Of a DNA stretch of 64,000 nt, positions 37,346 through 47,202 are shown piece by piece; within the stretch, counting starts at the first letter, position 1, and each line of letters opens with the position of its first letter. The DNA lies in contig CAYOLW010000004.1 in NCBI GenBank assembly GCA_964404925.1, positions 8,894 through 72,893 of the forward strand, in the 5' to 3' direction. The notes under the pieces were generated by a model. That model saw only the letters and a program-made list of their open reading frames with translations, ran no database searches and was not told the origin of the DNA. The position numbers and the translations under genes were made by a program. This DNA is from an uncultured Candidatus Saccharibacteria bacterium (lineage in GTDB: Bacteria; Patescibacteriota; Minisyncoccia; Phycocordibacterales; UBA9973).

Positions 37346-38403
37346 TACTTGCTAATAATAGATAAAATAATTCCTAAAATAGCGAATACAATGGATAAAA
37401 TCCAATAACGCATTGTAATTTTGTAGGTAGGCCAACCGACTGCTTCAAAATGATGATGTAGTGGTGCTACACGAAATACTTTTCTACCAAAGCGTTTAGC
37501 GATCATTTGTGCAGCAGAAGAAAAAGACGTGGCTGCAAGTGGTAATGCAATAATTGGCAGTAGAAATACAGTATCTGTCAGAAAAGCAAAGGTTGCTAAT
37601 ACAATGGTAAGAGGCATCATACCAGTCTCTCCCATATAGAACCTGGCGGGTGGAATATTAAACCATAAGAATGCTAGAGTCGCCCCGCTAATAACCCCAG
37701 CTAAAGCGGCCAGATCAACTTGATGGTTAGTGTAGGCAATAACTGCATACGCGCTAAAAATAGAAGCGAGAACACCGCCTGAGAGTCCATCAATACCATC
37801 AATAACCCCACCTGAAAAAGTGGCCAGCATTATAAAAACAACAAAAGGAATAAATAAAATGCCTAAGTGCCAATAACCATCCCACGGTATAGAAACTTGT
37901 TCCATCCCCAGTTTTACATAGAACCAATAGCCAGCAATAGCACCTGTAACGATAATTAATCCTAATTTTAATTTTGTATACCACGGTGTATTGCGAGTGA
38001 TGTAAGACCTACCAGTAATTTCAAGCACATCATCCAGTAAACCCAAAATAGCACCTAAAGCAAAAACACCTATTGGCACGTAGGTTTGAGCTCGACTTAA
38101 AAAATTAAGTTCACCAAAGAATAAATTGTCTTTCAAAACGATTGATAGTAAATAAAAGAAGAAAGTTGTTATCAAAACAGAGACCCAAACGATGATTCCA
38201 CCTACACACGGTGTCGAAACCTCACTTAGTTCTTTGGCTTTGTGTATCTTACTGAATTCACTAGAACTAACCGATTCGGTTCTAGCCTTCTTTTTCCACA
38301 TTTTGTATTTATAGAAATAGTGAGTGGCCAAAGGGGTTATAAAAATACCAAAGAAAAAGGCTACCGCGGTTGGTATCAGAATTTTCATTAAATCGAAAAG
38401 CAT
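37345..38403 (-). CDS. mraY: Phospho-MurNAc-pentapeptide transferase
   Basis: TPCVGG, DD, DGIDGL, FYMGETG, APLHHHFE. Confidence 0.93.
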   Translation of the reverse strand: MLFDLMKILIPTAVAFFFGIFITPLATHYFYKYKMWKKKARTESVSSSEFSKIHKAKELSEVSTPCVGGIIVWVSVLITTFFFYLLSIVLKDNLFFGELNFLSRAQTYVPIGVFALGAILGLLDDVLEITGRSYITRNTPWYTKLKLGLIIVTGAIAGYWFYVKLGMEQVSIPWDGYWHLGILFIPFVVFIMLATFSGGVIDGIDGLSGGVLASIFSAYAVIAYTNHQVDLAALAGVISGATLAFLWFNIPPARFYMGETGMMPLTIVLATFAFLTDTVFLLPIIALPLAATSFSSAAQMIAKRFGRKVFRVAPLHHHFEAVGWPTYKITMRYWILSIVFAILGIILSIISK

Positions 38404-38490
38404 TCTACGTATTATATGCTTAATAAAATAGATTTCAAAGCAAGCTTTGGGGCAATAAAATCTAGTTTTAAAAAACTTCTAATAAAAAAC

Positions 38491-38499
38491 TGTGGATAA
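38491..38499 (-). promoter_or_regulatory. DnaA box upstream of nrdB
   Basis: TGTGGATAA = reverse complement of consensus TTATCCACA. Confidence 0.55.
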
Positions 38500-38634
38500 C
38501 CTACTATGCTCGTCCGGAAACCGTTGGGACACATAGATTTTTAGCTTCTTTGCATGGTTCTTTGGCACTATGGTAAGATTAATGCACAGAATATTTTTTT
38601 GTTGGTAGATTTATTATTAAAAGTTTAAAAAAAC

Positions 38635-39954
38635 ATGATTGAAAATAGCAATAGACTTGTTACCTGCATTAAAAAAAGAGATCAAACTATACAAGACTTT
38701 GATTTAAGGAAGATAGCTGATGCAATACACAAAGCCATGATTGCTGTAGGTAGTGGTTCACGAGAAGATGCTCAGAAAATTGCTGAAGAAGTTTCAGTAA
38801 GCTTAAATAATAAATTTGCTACTACTCTAGATGAAGCTGATAATCAAAAGCAGGTTAATATCTGCCCTGGAGTTGAGGAAGTACAAGACATTGTTGAGGA
38901 AAGGCTTATGGCTAATGACTTTTTCGACGTTGCTAAGTCTTATATTATATACCGTCAACAACGTGCCGAAGAGCGTAAGCGTGATATTTTTAAAAAAAGG
39001 TTGAACTTGAAACCTTATGAATACCCGGAACTCTATGAATACGTAGCCGCTATTCGTCATTCTTACTGGATTCATACAGAATTTAACTTTGTAGGAGATG
39101 TTCAAGACTTTAAAGTAAACGTTAACGAGAAAGAAAAAAATATTATCAAGAATGCCATGCTCGCTATTGCTCAAATTGAAGTAGCGGTTAAAACCTTCTG
39201 GGGTGATATATACAAAAAGATGCCCAAGCCCGAAATTGGCGCCGTTGGCTTTACTTTTGCTGAATCAGAAGTCCGACACATGGATGCATATTCTCACCTG
39301 CTTGAAATACTGGGTATCAACGATGAGTTCAAGAAAATACGCGATTTCCCTGCAATCATGGCTCGTATAAATTATCTAGAAAAATCTCTCAAGAATGCTC
39401 GCAGTGAAGATAATCGTGAGTACAGTTTATCTATTCTGCTGTTCTCTTTATTTATAGAACACGTATCTCTGTTCTCTCAATTCCTGGTGATAATGTCTTT
39501 CAATAAATACAAGAATCTGTTTAAAGGTATTTCAAACGCTGTTGAGGCTACTTCAAAAGAAGAACAAATACACGGACTTTTCGGCATTGATGTCATTAAT
39601 ACAATAAAAGAAGAGCATCCTGAATGGTTTGATAAAGATTTCGAGGACACAGTCATTGCCATGTGTCGTGAAGCATTCGAAGCAGAAATGCAGATTGTTG
39701 ATTGGATATTTGAAAAGGGTGAACTAGAATTTATGCCCAAAGTAGTAGTAAATGAATTTATAAAACAACGCTTTAATAATTCATTACAGAGTATCGGACT
39801 CCAAAAGATATTTGATGTAGATGCTACTTTCCTAAAAGAATCAGATTGGTTCAACGACGAGGTTATTGCTACTAAACACGGTGATTTCTTTAATAAAAAA
39901 TCAATTAACTACTCTAAAAAGAGTAAAAGTATTACAAGCGAGGATTTGTTCTAA
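38635..39954 (+). CDS. nrdB: Ribonucleotide reductase beta subunit with N-terminal ATP-cone (class Id-like)
   Basis: IKKRD..FD..KI..AI..VEEVQDIVE..AKSYIIYR cone; QIEVAVK, ESEVRH..AY, KEEQIH. Confidence 0.93.
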   Translation: MIENSNRLVTCIKKRDQTIQDFDLRKIADAIHKAMIAVGSGSREDAQKIAEEVSVSLNNKFATTLDEADNQKQVNICPGVEEVQDIVEERLMANDFFDVAKSYIIYRQQRAEERKRDIFKKRLNLKPYEYPELYEYVAAIRHSYWIHTEFNFVGDVQDFKVNVNEKEKNIIKNAMLAIAQIEVAVKTFWGDIYKKMPKPEIGAVGFTFAESEVRHMDAYSHLLEILGINDEFKKIRDFPAIMARINYLEKSLKNARSEDNREYSLSILLFSLFIEHVSLFSQFLVIMSFNKYKNLFKGISNAVEATSKEEQIHGLFGIDVINTIKEEHPEWFDKDFEDTVIAMCREAFEAEMQIVDWIFEKGELEFMPKVVVNEFIKQRFNNSLQSIGLQKIFDVDATFLKESDWFNDEVIATKHGDFFNKKSINYSKKSKSITSEDLF

Positions 39955-39980
39955 ATTATTAGTTTATATAAACACAAAAC

Positions 39981-41717
39981 ATGTATTGGCTCAACGAAAA
40001 CAGTAAGAAATTCTTATCAAAAGGTTATCTATTGGAAGGCATGACTGCGGAAAATCGTATCCGCGAGATTGCCACTATTGCTGAAAAGTATTTAAACAAA
40101 CCTGGTTTTGCGGATAAATTTTACGATTACATGTCTCGTGGTTTCTATTCACTTGCCTCCCCGGTCTGGTCCAACTATGGACTAACCAGAGGTCTGCCTA
40201 TTAGCTGCTTCTCTAGCTATATTGGAGATGATATGGCTCGTATTTTATTCACTCACGCTGAAGTTGGAATGATGACAAAATACGGTGGTGGTACAGCTGG
40301 ACACTTTGGTGACTTGCGCCCACGTGGAGCAGTAATTAAAGAAAACGGTTTCTCTTCTGGATCTGTGCATTTCATGGAACTATTCGACGGTCTTATAAAT
40401 ATCGTGAGTCAAGGTTCAGTGCGTCGTGGACACTTTGCACCTTATTTGCCTGTTGAGCACCCAGATATCGAAGAATTTCTAAACATTGGTAAAGAAGGTC
40501 ACCCGATTCAAGAATCAACCTACGCAGTTACTGTAACCGATAAATGGCTCAAGGACATGGTAGGTGGAGATCAGGATAAACGCAGAATATGGGCCAGAAT
40601 AATACAACGCCGCACAGAAATTGGTTACCCATATATTTTCTTTACAGATACTGTAAACAACAACACCGTAGACGTGTATAAAGACAAAAAGATGAAGATT
40701 CATGGCAGTAACCTCTGCTCAGAAATTTGCCTACCGACAAGTGATGAAATTTCTTTTGTTTGCTGTCTGTCATCAATCAACCTTCGTCACTATCATGAAT
40801 GGAAAGATACCGATGCAGTTGAAACATTGGTTATGTTCTTGGACACTGTGATATCAAACTTCCTAGAAAGACTCGAGACATTGCGTGACAGTTCAGACCC
40901 ACAGAAACAAACTGCTTTCTATTTTATGCAGCGTGCTTATAAATTCGCAAAAGAACACCGCGCATTAGGCCTCGGCGCACTTGGTTGGCACACTCTCCTA
41001 CAAGAAAGCAATCTAGCATTTGAAAGCGACGAAGCAATGGAATTAAATCGAGAAATATTCAAAAAAATAAACGAACGTGCCTACAAAGCTTCCAAAGAAT
41101 TAGCCCAAGAACTCGGTGAACCAGAGATACTTAAAGGTTATGGTCGTCGCAATACCACCCTACTAGCGATTGCTCCCAATACTTCTTCAGCTTTCATTTT
41201 GGGTCAAGTATCCCAAGGAGTAGAACCCGTAATGTCTAATTGTTTCGTTAAAGACGTAGACAAAATGAAGGTTACAATTAAAAACCCAATGCTCGAATCC
41301 CTACTGAATGAAAAAGGTATCAATACACCAGAGATTTGGAGTAGTATCAGAGACAACGATGGATCTGTGCAGCATCTAGAAGAACTAACTCTACATGAAA
41401 AGAAAGTTTTCCGTACCTTCAGTGAAATAGACCAGAAAGCAATCATTGATCAGGCAGCAGATCGACAGAAATACCTTGATCAATCACAATCTTTGAACCT
41501 GTTAATTGATCCAACTATCGCAACCAAAGATTTAAACGCACTGTATTTGTATGCTTGGGAAAGGGGTGTTAAGACTCTTTACTACCAACACAGCATGAGT
41601 GCTGCCCAACAATTTGGCCGCAAAAAACTCCAGGAAGCAGAAATAAAAAAGAAGCAGAATGCTGCTACTCCAAACATTCACACCTCCGACAATGTTTGCA
41701 TTAGCTGTGAAGCATAG
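39981..41717 (+). CDS. nrdA: Ribonucleotide reductase alpha subunit (no ATP-cone)
   Basis: PISCF, SNLCSEI, IAPNTSS, KTLYY, C-terminal CISC. Confidence 0.95.
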   Translation: MYWLNENSKKFLSKGYLLEGMTAENRIREIATIAEKYLNKPGFADKFYDYMSRGFYSLASPVWSNYGLTRGLPISCFSSYIGDDMARILFTHAEVGMMTKYGGGTAGHFGDLRPRGAVIKENGFSSGSVHFMELFDGLINIVSQGSVRRGHFAPYLPVEHPDIEEFLNIGKEGHPIQESTYAVTVTDKWLKDMVGGDQDKRRIWARIIQRRTEIGYPYIFFTDTVNNNTVDVYKDKKMKIHGSNLCSEICLPTSDEISFVCCLSSINLRHYHEWKDTDAVETLVMFLDTVISNFLERLETLRDSSDPQKQTAFYFMQRAYKFAKEHRALGLGALGWHTLLQESNLAFESDEAMELNREIFKKINERAYKASKELAQELGEPEILKGYGRRNTTLLAIAPNTSSAFILGQVSQGVEPVMSNCFVKDVDKMKVTIKNPMLESLLNEKGINTPEIWSSIRDNDGSVQHLEELTLHEKKVFRTFSEIDQKAIIDQAADRQKYLDQSQSLNLLIDPTIATKDLNALYLYAWERGVKTLYYQHSMSAAQQFGRKKLQEAEIKKKQNAATPNIHTSDNVCISCEA

Positions 41718-41730
41718 CTAATTATCGAAA

Positions 41731-42120
41731 CTACATATTATATTTAAATTCGTTAGTGTTTTTAGACGGAGATACGTCAAAAATATCTATTGGTTTTAAT
41801 ATTACTAAACCTTTGACCGTTCGGTCTGGCAGAATTTCTTTTATCCAATCGCAAGCTGTTTGAAATTTATCCCCTTCTGTTAAATAGGTTGCCTCGCCTT
41901 TGATTTGATAACCGAACATCTTCTCCCAGCATACTAAAGAGGCTTCTTTGGTTTCAAGAATATTTATTAATGTTTTGTCCATGAAATAATTAATCAGCCA
42001 TATTTCTCCATCAACTACCCTGATAGAAGATACTGGAACAACGTTAATACCATTCTCGCCTCTAGTTGCTAAAGCTTTCGAAGAAGCCTGCAGTATGAAC
42101 TTTTCTATTTCTTGGTTCAC
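41731..42120 (-). CDS. Pyridoxamine 5'-phosphate oxidase family flavin-binding protein
   Basis: ALAT...NVVP, FMDKTLINI, GYQIKG. Confidence 0.8.
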   Translation of the reverse strand: MNQEIEKFILQASSKALATRGENGINVVPVSSIRVVDGEIWLINYFMDKTLINILETKEASLVCWEKMFGYQIKGEATYLTEGDKFQTACDWIKEILPDRTVKGLVILKPIDIFDVSPSKNTNEFKYNM

Positions 42121-42126
42121 TAGTGC

Positions 42127-43233
42127 CTATTCGTCTACTGACAAATTTAAATCTTGCAAGATGCTTTTTACTTCATCTTTTATTTTTTGTTCTTTGTCTT
42201 GCTTTTCATTAGACTCGTCTAGCTTATTTTTCGCATCTTTTTTCGTATTTTTTGTATCAGATTTTCTATCTTTTTCTTCTTTAATAGTTTCTTTTAAATC
42301 TTTTGGTTCTTTTTCTTCCTGAACTTTAGTATCAATATTAAATTGCTCAATTGAGGGCTCTGATTCTAGTGTTGAGGTAGCAACAGTGGGTGGAATATCA
42401 GTAATAGTTGTACCTGATTCATCAATATCAGTAATGTTTTCTGTCACTGAGCTTGTTTCTTCTGTTCGCACTTCATCCTTAACTTCTTCTTTAGTATCTT
42501 CTTGGGCGTCGGTGCTTTCTTCTTTTTCAGCCTCTATTTTGAGTTCGTTAATATGTGCATCTACCAGATCATTGATGTCTTTTATGTTTGCTTTGTCTTC
42601 ATCGCTTACCTCGGTTATTTTCTCTACCTCATCATCTGTTGCTAATTTACCCAATACTACAGAGTGTGCTTCGAGTTTGCTCTCAAGTTCAGCTTTAACA
42701 GAAGCAGCATCTTCGGCGTCTCCGCTGGCAGCTATTTCGGCAGTAATTTCTTTAACTTTTTGAATATTTTTATCTATATTTTCTCTAACCTCAGCCTTCA
42801 CCTCAGGAGAAATCTTCTTCTTTTGAACTGTTACCTTCTCCAGCTCTTTAAGTCTCCTCTCGGCCCTCACAGCTTCAAAGCGGGCTAGTGCATTCGGTGA
42901 TAGTGCTCCCCAAGATTCCACTTTTTCATTAACATTTACTTTCATTGAGTATAACGCATCTCCAGGCAAAGCCTTGTTTGCGGCAAAAGCTGTACCACTG
43001 AAAACTACAACAATCAGTACCACAGCTACGGGCACAAAACGCTTCTCATGCCAAGTAAAACTAAAGCTAAATTTAGAGAAATATGGAGTTTCAATTTTAC
43101 TAGTCATCATCACTGGTTCTACAGCAGGATTATCCATTCTTTGGCGTACAGCCTCGAGTATAGAAAACTTCTCTTCTTTAGTAAGAGATACTTGCTTTGC
43201 TTGACCTATTATTTTTTTCCATAAATCTGACAT
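42127..43233 (-). CDS. Putative anti-sigma factor (TM + DUF5667-like + acidic tail)
   Basis: Coupled to ECF sigma; ALPGDALYSMK..EKV, RAERRLKE. Confidence 0.7.
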   Translation of the reverse strand: MSDLWKKIIGQAKQVSLTKEEKFSILEAVRQRMDNPAVEPVMMTSKIETPYFSKFSFSFTWHEKRFVPVAVVLIVVVFSGTAFAANKALPGDALYSMKVNVNEKVESWGALSPNALARFEAVRAERRLKELEKVTVQKKKISPEVKAEVRENIDKNIQKVKEITAEIAASGDAEDAASVKAELESKLEAHSVVLGKLATDDEVEKITEVSDEDKANIKDINDLVDAHINELKIEAEKEESTDAQEDTKEEVKDEVRTEETSSVTENITDIDESGTTITDIPPTVATSTLESEPSIEQFNIDTKVQEEKEPKDLKETIKEEKDRKSDTKNTKKDAKNKLDESNEKQDKEQKIKDEVKSILQDLNLSVDE

Positions 43234-43730
43234 TATTCTTCTTTAAATATTTCTTTAATTTTTTTAAGTCCTCGATGCAACTTCACAGATACAGAATTCT
43301 CAGTCTCACCCAGCATTTCGGCTATTTCTGTGTTCGAAAAATCTTCAATATATTTCATATAGATAACTTCTCGGTACTTCTCCGGAATCCTCTGGAGTAC
43401 CCCGATGGCTAATTGACCATCAATACGATCAGCAATCCGCCCTCCTTCATCACTCCGTGTTTCGAAACCATCTTCCATTAACATATCCAAGGAAATTGGT
43501 TTCTTCTTACGGTATTCATCAATAATGATATTCCCCAAGATCCGGTAGAAAAAAGCCTTGAAATTATCAACAGATCCCCCTCGGTCTACATGGTTCCAAG
43601 CCCGAAGGAAGGTCTCTTGAACAATATCTTTGGCTAAATCTCTATCCGATACCTTAAAAAATGAGTACCGAAAGAGGGCGTCTGCATACTGATCACAAGC
43701 CTCTATAAAATTTTCTCTAAGACTCTTCAT
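43233..43730 (-). CDS. ECF sigma factor
   Basis: DIVQETFLRAW, EIAEMLG...SVSVKLHRG; start set at MKSLR. Confidence 0.93.
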   Translation of the reverse strand: MKSLRENFIEACDQYADALFRYSFFKVSDRDLAKDIVQETFLRAWNHVDRGGSVDNFKAFFYRILGNIIIDEYRKKKPISLDMLMEDGFETRSDEGGRIADRIDGQLAIGVLQRIPEKYREVIYMKYIEDFSNTEIAEMLGETENSVSVKLHRGLKKIKEIFKEE

Positions 43731-43736
43731 AATATA

Positions 43737-43763
43737 CAACGTTTGAAAGCACAAAATATTACA
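43737..43763 (-). promoter_or_regulatory. Candidate ECF autoregulatory promoter
   Basis: TGTAAT-16 bp-CGTTG, 6 nt before the ATG. Confidence 0.5.
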
Positions 43764-43808
43764 GTCGTATCTACCCCGATTCTAGCAAAAACTAGGCAAT
43801 AAAGTAAC

Positions 43809-44576
43809 TTATCTTAAATAATCCTTAATTTGGGCTTCTGGTATCAGTATTGATATAGCGCCAGCCGCACCAGGGGCTACTTCATATTCACTAAAATAGA
43901 TTTTTAAACCATCCTTCGTCATAGCCCAGTTATTGAGGCTATCCATACTAATCACCCCTACCGCTTCAGGGAAAACACTTAGCCCAGAATCACCGAAATC
44001 ATATTTCGACGTGGTTTCTTTAACCAACTTAACAAAATCATCCTGTTTTTCTGCCTGTATTACATCGTTCAGAGTTAGCAACTTGCCGGATTTATCAACT
44101 GTTATTGTGTAGTAATTCTCTGTGCCATTAGCCCCGCCGGTGTAGGTGTATATACTCAGCACTAGGGTCTGTGCTTTTGGGTGTTCTTCTTTCGTACCTT
44201 TGATTACTATGTTGTACTTGGCTGTAGGACTATCTGCGCCAAAATCAGCGCGCATTTGAGGCACGTCAGTGTTTGCTTCTAGGGCAAAATCATTTAGTAC
44301 ATTTTTAACCCAAGTATTACCAATGCTTACAATAGCATCACTTCCACTGAAGACCGGGTATTCAGCTGTATAGTTTTCATTTTTCTCTTGTTTAATTTCT
44401 TGATTAAAGGGCACATAAGCCGCAGACTTGTTTATTTCTGCATTTATTTTTTCATATTCGTCTAAGGCAGACTGGTTTTGCATGCCTAAATAAAAACCGA
44501 GATAAAAAACACCAACAAACAAAATCACCGCGAATAATTTTGAATACCAAGTCACCTTATGCAGTTCTATTTTCAT
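43809..44576 (-). CDS. RsiV/DUF3298-like membrane-anchored protein
   Basis: YTYTGGANG, YFSEYEVAPGAAG. Confidence 0.8.
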   Translation of the reverse strand: MKIELHKVTWYSKLFAVILFVGVFYLGFYLGMQNQSALDEYEKINAEINKSAAYVPFNQEIKQEKNENYTAEYPVFSGSDAIVSIGNTWVKNVLNDFALEANTDVPQMRADFGADSPTAKYNIVIKGTKEEHPKAQTLVLSIYTYTGGANGTENYYTITVDKSGKLLTLNDVIQAEKQDDFVKLVKETTSKYDFGDSGLSVFPEAVGVISMDSLNNWAMTKDGLKIYFSEYEVAPGAAGAISILIPEAQIKDYLR

Positions 44577-44644
44577 TTATATATTATAACCCAACAATTC
44601 AAAATAACATGTATATATGTACAGTTATTATTTGATAATAATAA

Positions 44645-45379
44645 CTATTTATTTTGACTGTCTAATAGCTTTTGCTCAATTTGAGTGACATCAAAAAATC
44701 CAGCGTTTAAGAGATCCGTCTGCAGCTTCTTGTCGAAGCCGGATACTATAGCTATGGCAACCAGTATAAATACAATACCGAATGTTTTCTTGAACCATCC
44801 TCTCGGGTCAGATACCTTCCCTACCTTGGATATTATTTTTTGACCCAGTACGGCCACACACAGCATCGCCAAAGATAAACCCAACACATAGGCTAGCAAG
44901 TATATTAATCCAAGTAGTAAAGATGCAGGCAATACAGTAGCCAATATAACAAAGTACGTAGGACTACAGGCTGAGAATATGGGTCCGAGCGATGCCCCAA
45001 TAATCACATCACCCCAAATGCTATCTTTTTTGTATCCCTTAAACAAGACTTTATTTGATTGTGCTGATACGGTGCTCGCAAAAGAAAACCTGTCCCAAAT
45101 GCTTGGGAACACCATCGTAATACCAAAGAAAAATATAATACCTCCTGAGATCCATTTCCAGAAATCTGGCGGTATATCAATCAGCAGTGAGCTTGCTTTC
45201 AAAAGCAAAGTAAACAATATCACTGACAAGGACAGAGAAGCGAGGACAAAGGCTAACCTCCTTTTGTTTAGAGTTGTATCACTAATAGAATGACCCACAA
45301 TTACCGGCAGTAGAGGCAGAATGCATGGCGCCAGTATCGTGAGTACTCCACTAACAAATGATATAACAAAGAAAAGCAT
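44645..45379 (-). CDS. ccdA: CcdA/DsbD transmembrane domain protein
   Basis: APCILPLLP and SACSP cysteines. Confidence 0.85.
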   Translation of the reverse strand: MLFFVISFVSGVLTILAPCILPLLPVIVGHSISDTTLNKRRLAFVLASLSLSVILFTLLLKASSLLIDIPPDFWKWISGGIIFFFGITMVFPSIWDRFSFASTVSAQSNKVLFKGYKKDSIWGDVIIGASLGPIFSACSPTYFVILATVLPASLLLGLIYLLAYVLGLSLAMLCVAVLGQKIISKVGKVSDPRGWFKKTFGIVFILVAIAIVSGFDKKLQTDLLNAGFFDVTQIEQKLLDSQNK

Positions 45380-45380
45380 A

Positions 45381-45977
45381 CTATTTTACCTCAGATACGA
45401 GGGATGCAAGGGTTGGGCTACCACTCCATTTTTTAATCAAACTGCCATCCTTGCTGACCTGCACAAATGTGTGCTGATAAGTAACGCCGTATTTTTTCTT
45501 AAGTTCTGAAGAATTATCATAGTTCACATCTAGGATCGTCAGATTGGCTGGAATTTTACTCAAATTAGCTTTGATGTCTTTGTCTACGGTAATACATGAA
45601 GGACACCAGCTAGCTCGGAAAAACAAGACAACATCGTGAGCATCAGAAGCCGTGGCTACTTTGTCTACACTGTATGCCTCATAAGATCCAGATTTCATAA
45701 CTGATTCTTCTTTTTTATCCATCATAGATTCACTATCCTGCATCATTGCACTTTTTTCTTCTGTGGTATTCTTATCCATGGTTATTTTCTCGTCAGTAGC
45801 CTTTTGGTATTCAATGGCTTGTTGTTCCATCTTCTCCTTCTCTACCATTGCAGCATTTTTTTGTGACTGTTTTGAATTAACAAAATAGCCAAACATAATA
45901 ACCACAGCAACAACAGCTGCGACTATCCCGATAACTGCAATTCCAGAAACACCCCTTTCCTTATTATTTTTATTCAT
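45381..45977 (-). CDS. Membrane-anchored thioredoxin-like protein
   Basis: N-terminal TM, FRASWCPSC, YGVTYQHT. Confidence 0.88.
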   Translation of the reverse strand: MNKNNKERGVSGIAVIGIVAAVVAVVIMFGYFVNSKQSQKNAAMVEKEKMEQQAIEYQKATDEKITMDKNTTEEKSAMMQDSESMMDKKEESVMKSGSYEAYSVDKVATASDAHDVVLFFRASWCPSCITVDKDIKANLSKIPANLTILDVNYDNSSELKKKYGVTYQHTFVQVSKDGSLIKKWSGSPTLASLVSEVK

Positions 45978-46046
45978 ATACTTGATTATAGGTTTTGCTG
46001 TTGCACTTTGTCAAAATGAGCATACTATTAAAAGAAAAGTTCTCTT

Positions 46047-46211
46047 ATGAAAAAGACAAAATTAAGCAAAAAAGAAATTATGGATTTCTTTTTTGTAGAA
46101 GTAGGCTGGAAGGATATTCCGAGAATAATTATAGGCTGGGTACTGAGTGCCCTTATACTAATATTATTCTTCTGGCTAGTTTTTAAAATAGCCTTCTACT
46201 TTCACCTGTAA
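46047..46211 (+). CDS. Small membrane protein (54 aa)
   Basis: Hand translation MKKTKLSKKEIMDFFFVEVGWKDIPRIIIGWVLSALILILFFWLVFKIAFYFHL*; followed by hairpin. Confidence 0.5.
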   Translation: MKKTKLSKKEIMDFFFVEVGWKDIPRIIIGWVLSALILILFFWLVFKIAFYFHL

Positions 46212-46245
46212 AGTCCTTCCCTGCCACAAAGCACCGAAGGACTTT
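46210..46245. terminator. Hairpin between convergent genes
   Basis: AAAGTCCTTC...GAAGGACTTT. Confidence 0.6.
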
Positions 46246-46258
46246 TAAGCTAATGAAT

Positions 46259-46609
46259 TTAATATACAAAATTAAAATAAAAACTTATTAGCAAAGATAG
46301 AGTGGTAAAAATTATCCCCGCATAGCCCAGAAACCTGCGGGATATTTTGCCTTGAGTCAACTTGTACGTATAGTAGCTGCTGTATTCAAATTCATAATTA
46401 AGCGAAGGGTTAATCTTCCTCCGTAGATCAAACTCCCATTTACTCAGTATGCAATAACTCCATATTACCTCAGACAACAAAGTCAGTACCAAGATACCCA
46501 GATAAAGCTCATATATAGGACGAAAAGCCCAACCGAATAAAATAACGAGCACTACCACAGCATGCACCAGCCAAATAATATCTGCCCCTATGCGGTATAG
46601 CGCTTTCAT
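46259..46609 (-). CDS. DUF2784-like membrane protein
   Basis: YRIGAD...H, C.LSKWE..LR; start set at MKALY. Confidence 0.7.
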   Translation of the reverse strand: MKALYRIGADIIWLVHAVVVLVILFGWAFRPIYELYLGILVLTLLSEVIWSYCILSKWEFDLRRKINPSLNYEFEYSSYYTYKLTQGKISRRFLGYAGIIFTTLSLLISFYFNFVY

Positions 46610-46628
46610 ATAATGCTTTTCTACTTTC

Positions 46629-47057
46629 CTATTTATTTGGATTAAATTCCACAACCCATTCAATACCGTATTTATCTCTAAACATACTAAAGTACGTTCC
46701 CCATGGGCTGTCACTCATTGGCGCTTCTACTTGCCCTCCGACTGAAAGTCCGTTAAATATTTTGTCGGCTTCTTCTTTACTGTCTGTGTCTACATGGATT
46801 TTACTCCTGTTTTCATTTTCATTCACTTTTCCCATAAATTCAGGTACATCATTCCCTATCAACACATTAGCACTTCCAATAGGCAGAACAATCTGCATGA
46901 TTTTATTCGCATCTTTATCTGCAACTGGGAATTCTGGACCGGCAAGATCTTTTAGACGAATCACTTGTGCAAACTCACCTCCAAAAACAGATTTATAAAA
47001 AGTAAATGCTTCTTCTGCATTACCATTAAAATTAATCCAAGGGTTTATTGTTTTCAT
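46629..47057 (-). CDS. VOC/PhnB family protein
   Basis: INPWINFNGNAEEAFTFY, PWG..F...DKYGIEW. Confidence 0.9.
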   Translation of the reverse strand: MKTINPWINFNGNAEEAFTFYKSVFGGEFAQVIRLKDLAGPEFPVADKDANKIMQIVLPIGSANVLIGNDVPEFMGKVNENENRSKIHVDTDSKEEADKIFNGLSVGGQVEAPMSDSPWGTYFSMFRDKYGIEWVVEFNPNK

Positions 47058-47202
47058 ACGGGTATTTTAGCATGATTAAATACAAAACGAGGAAAAGGCA
47101 AAAGGGCTGACCAACCTGAGCCAGAACCTTTTGATTCATTACCCTGCAAGGCTTTTGGGACTGATTCCAGTATACCATTTCGACGCATCTCGAGCGCCTG
47201 CA

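Noticed and set aside
38500-38634. Possible NrdR boxes upstream of nrdB
   Set aside because: No convincing match to the ACACWATATATWGTG-like palindrome by eye
45995-46186. 63-aa plus-strand ORF in the track
   Set aside because: A different frame (46047-46211) has an ATG and a coherent TM segment
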